NCBI GenBank assembly: GCA_002898795.1 | Contig: BEIG01000001.1 | Coordinates: forward strand, 192 to 64,191 | Length of the DNA stretch: 64,000 nucleotides | Direction of reading: 5' to 3' | Source: a bacterium HR30 | GTDB lineage: Bacteria; Desulfobacterota; Binatia; HRBIN30 | Part shown: piece by piece, positions 61,098 to 64,000 of the stretch | How the letters are laid out: each line of letters starts with the position of its first letter | How positions within the stretch are numbered: position 1 is the stretch's first letter | Translations under genes and position numbers: made by a program | The notes under the pieces: generated by a model | Told to the model about the DNA's origin: nothing | Database searches by the model: none | What the model saw: only the letters and a program-made list of their open reading frames with translations

Positions 61098-62180
61098 CTA
61101 CCGGCCGTTGGCGCCGCGCTCCGCTAGCGCTGCATCGTCGGGTTTAGCGTGCTGCGGCGTCGCCTCACTCCCTCTGGGCCCATTCCCCCTTCTCTCCACC
61201 TTCGCACTCCCTGTGCCTGCAGTACGCCTCTTTCTCTTGTGCTGCTCCTCCTCTCCCAACAAAATCTCCCGCTCGATACCTCGCGCCCGGATCTGCTTGA
61301 TCTCGTACGCCTTGGCTTCCGCGTTCTCTGAAGGGGTGTATCCGGTTCCGTAGGTTGCTCGAGGCGTGACAAAGTATCCGTGTTCGTCCGTCTGGTACCG
61401 CTCCTCTTCTCGCTGTGGATCTTCGTCGTACTGGCATAACCACCAGCAGTGCAAGTTGACCTCGAGGATCTCGAAAGGGTCCTTCACCAGCACCCTCGTG
61501 CTGTCCTGGTCCACATTGAAGTCCTCGATCACGACGCGAACCTTGTTCGGATAATACCGCTTCTCCCCACGCCTCGCGCTCAATTCGTTAATCCTGACGC
61601 ACCAGTTCCGCACCGACAGCACAACCCTCTCCACCATCCACTCCTTTTCCGGCGACGGCGGATCGATCGGCGGCTCCTCGCGCGTGCAACGCCAAGGCAC
61701 CCTCACCGTGAACGACACCTTCTCCCGGCCCTGCAGTAAGCTGTAAGATTTTCGATAGAGTTTGTCCCTATCATCGCTAAGCCCCTCCAGAAGATGCGCG
61801 GCCACAAGGGCGTGCCCACGCCACACGACTAGGTAGTAATACCTATCCTCCAGCTCGCCCGGCCTGCACGTTCCAAGGCAGGGTCCGCAGATTGCCGCGT
61901 AACGCACGCGCGCATAGAACACACCCACCCTCGCAGGATCCTCCACCGCCTCCGCCACCAGCGGCACGCCGACACGGATAAGGTCGCACGGGGGGGAGCC
62001 TCCAACCCACCGCGCCTCCCGACAAAGGTCACGTTCCAGAGCGCTGCGCAACAGCGGCACATGCTGCTCTAACCGCCCAAGCTCTGCCCCAACAACCATT
62101 GCCGGCCACGCCCCGAGCCACCACGCCAGTAACCCCACTACGGCCAGGTGCTTGCTGCCCGTTCTGCTCGGAGACATCAT
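61098..62180 (-). CDS. Secreted hypothetical protein
   Basis: Signal peptide LAVVGLLAWWLGAWPAMVVGA and a charged C-terminal tail. Confidence 0.5.
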   Translation of the reverse strand: MMSPSRTGSKHLAVVGLLAWWLGAWPAMVVGAELGRLEQHVPLLRSALERDLCREARWVGGSPPCDLIRVGVPLVAEAVEDPARVGVFYARVRYAAICGPCLGTCRPGELEDRYYYLVVWRGHALVAAHLLEGLSDDRDKLYRKSYSLLQGREKVSFTVRVPWRCTREEPPIDPPSPEKEWMVERVVLSVRNWCVRINELSARRGEKRYYPNKVRVVIEDFNVDQDSTRVLVKDPFEILEVNLHCWWLCQYDEDPQREEERYQTDEHGYFVTPRATYGTGYTPSENAEAKAYEIKQIRARGIEREILLGEEEQHKRKRRTAGTGSAKVERRGNGPRGSEATPQHAKPDDAALAERGANGR

Positions 62181-62487
62181 CTCAGCCTCCCAGCAAAGAA
62201 GTCGTGCGCGAACCCCTTGTCAACCGGAACTTTTACCAGCTTCCCAGCGTCTAACGCCCTCTGCCATGATGGCGGTAGGGGTTGTGTCTTGAGGTTAAAA
62301 AACACCGCCTTCTGCGTACAACACACGCTCGTGCTCTGCCCCCTCGACACCTCCAACCATGCTAGAAGACTCTGCTGGTAGCCCTTTCGGATCGTCGGAT
62401 CGGTGCCGATGAAGTTTCCACGAGAGCGGCGGTGTTCGTTCCACGGTCTGTTACCCTCACGCCCCAACGCGCCACTGCGTGCACCCC

Positions 62488-63189
62488 TCATCCCTCGCGT
62501 ACGCTCTGAACGTGTTGCCGGGTCCCGCAAGGCACCTGGCGCAGCCTCTCGAGGTCTCCCTCCCATTCCAACTTCGTCTCCTCGGAATACTTGTCCACCG
62601 ATACCCGCAGCTTCACGGCGCCCTGTGCATCCGCGTACTCCCACTGAAAGACGTAGTACCAGTCCTCCTCCGCCACCTCCCCGCCACCAGGGCGCATCTG
62701 CGACGCCAGATAACGCTGCGTAACAACACCCCAGTCTTCCTCCGGCACCAACTTCGGCCCCTGAAATGCATCCGGGTTGAAGCAAAGCCGCCTGGCCGAT
62801 CGCTTGAGCTCCAAGATCGCCCGTTGCAAAGCTCGCCCCGGGCTGCATGGCCGCGGGTATCGTGACACTCTCCAAAGACTTCCCTCGTGCGCAAAATCCA
62901 CTTCTCGATAGTAGCGGTCCACCAACACCCAGAGCTTTACTCTCCCCCGCGGATCGGAGTACTCCCACTCGAACAAATACGCCCAGTCGCACTCCCGTGC
63001 CAATTTCGGCCCGCGAAATATGTTTAGGTCTACCGCGCGCTCCTCCGCCACTCGCCGCGCCTCCGCAATCGCTAGCTTCTCCGCTTCCGCTCTTGTGGCG
63101 GGGTAAAGAACGTAAAACAAAATGTTCAGCCAGCGAAAGCCTACGGCAAGGAAAAGGAACGCCGCGGCAATCTTCATCGCTCGCCACAT
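62488..63189 (-). CDS. Membrane-anchored or secreted protein with two internal FRGPKL...WEY-D modules (paralog A)
   Basis: N-terminal TM KIAAAFLFLAVGF. Two ~55-aa repeats: NIFRGPKLARECDWAYLFEWEYSDPRGRVKLWVLVD and AFQGPKLVPEED...YVFQWEYADAQGAVKLRVSVD. Confidence 0.6.
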   Translation of the reverse strand: MWRAMKIAAAFLFLAVGFRWLNILFYVLYPATRAEAEKLAIAEARRVAEERAVDLNIFRGPKLARECDWAYLFEWEYSDPRGRVKLWVLVDRYYREVDFAHEGSLWRVSRYPRPCSPGRALQRAILELKRSARRLCFNPDAFQGPKLVPEEDWGVVTQRYLASQMRPGGGEVAEEDWYYVFQWEYADAQGAVKLRVSVDKYSEETKLEWEGDLERLRQVPCGTRQHVQSVREG

Positions 63190-63358
63190 GGTCCCGAACC
63201 TCGCCCCGCCCCTGTTGGGCTTGCGCGCTCCTCGATCATCACGTCAGCAACTGACCCCACTGGCCAGCTTGGCACCCCTGACAGGCTAAGCCACCAGCCT
63301 TTCACCCAGACGCGCCCCACTCGTGCAACCCCTTCCCGATCGTTCGCTCTCAAGGGAT

Positions 63359-63960
63359 TCACCACGAGCTGCAGGGCACCCGGCGCAGCCTGTCGAGGTC
63401 TCCCTCCCATTCCACCGCGGTCTCCTCGGAGTACTTGTCCAGCGATAACCGCAGCTTCACGGCACCCTGTGCATCCACGTACTCCCACTGGAAAACGTAG
63501 TTCAAGTCGTCCTCTTCCACCAGCTTCGGCCCCCGAAATCTACGTGGATCGAAGGAAAGCCGCATCGCTGCCAGCTTGAAATGCACCCTTGCCAGCTCCT
63601 CCGCTCGTTCGAGCCAAACAGGCGGTATCCGTGTGAGTCTGTCCCAGTCGCCTGGGAACGAAGCCTCGGTCCACCGGTCTTTCTTGCCAACTAAAACTTG
63701 CAGCTCGGCTCTACCCCAGGTGTCCGAATACTCCCAAACGAACATGTAATTCTCGGGATCGTCCTGCACCAACTTGGGCCCGCGAAACATGCTTAGGTCA
63801 AATCCCCCCCCCAACCTGCCGCTCGATTTGCTTGGTCGATCGCTAGCTTCTCGGCTTCCTCCTTCGTAAGCGGGTAAAGGAAGTCGTGTACAGTGTTGAC
63901 CCCGTGAAAGGCTAGCCCAAGCAAAAGCAACACTGCCACAACCTTCATTGCCCGGCGCAT
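63359..63960 (-). pseudogene. Paralog B of the FRGPKL/WEY-D protein, interrupted by a G9 homopolymer frameshift
   Basis: N-terminal frame MRRAMKVVAVLLLLGLAF...AIDQANRAAGW. The G9 tract is plus-strand C9 at 63803-63811. The downstream frame reads GGFDLSMFRGPKLVQDD...YVFQWEYVDAQGAVKLRLSLD. Ten G would restore a single ORF. Confidence 0.55.
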
Positions 63961-64000
63961 AGTCTCGAACCTCACGGCGGCACAGGCACCGTGCCACGGA

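Noticed and set aside
62177-63187. A 336-aa minus-strand ORF rich in G/R/A
   Set aside because: It is an alternate frame overlapping paralog A (62488-63189), which has coherent domain repeats and a paralog.
1-64000. CRISPR arrays, rRNA, transposases and integrases
   Set aside because: No direct-repeat/spacer periodicity, no rRNA-like conserved stretches, and no DDE or tyrosine-recombinase motifs were found in any frame.

Overview
This is a 64-kb, GC-rich (about 65-68% GC) bacterial chromosomal segment, densely coded on both strands. It appears to come from a diderm: it carries lipoproteins with lipoboxes, an outer-membrane beta-barrel, Sec/Tat signal peptides and type IV minor pilins. Many adjacent genes are translationally coupled through ATGA overlaps. 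Housekeeping genes (aspS, hisS, miaA, thiI, def, glmS, a GlmU-like gene, cyclophilin, Fe/Mn-SOD, peroxiredoxin, an IMPase-family gene, ABC transporters) alternate with poorly characterised secreted proteins and lipoproteins. The most unusual content, in order of interest: (1) a giant secreted modular protein with three tandem novel 6-Cys modules, Thr/Pro linkers and a C-terminal type-I dockerin; (2) an operon SDR - PLP Ser/Thr dehydratase - beta-carbonic anhydrase - HMG-CoA-synthase-like::DUF35 fusion (catalytic Glu/Cys/His apparently substituted) - SCP-x-type thiolase; (3) a MerR-like regulator with MerR-type Cys spacing, co-directional with CxxC/CC redox proteins but no merA; (4) a distal region (58-64 kb) of secreted proteins that holds two homopolymer-tract frameshifts (A8 and G9), two tandem paralogous genes with internal duplications, exact 16-bp AT-rich tandem repeats and a JAB-like protein. 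No rRNA, tRNA, CRISPR array, transposase or integrase was recognised.
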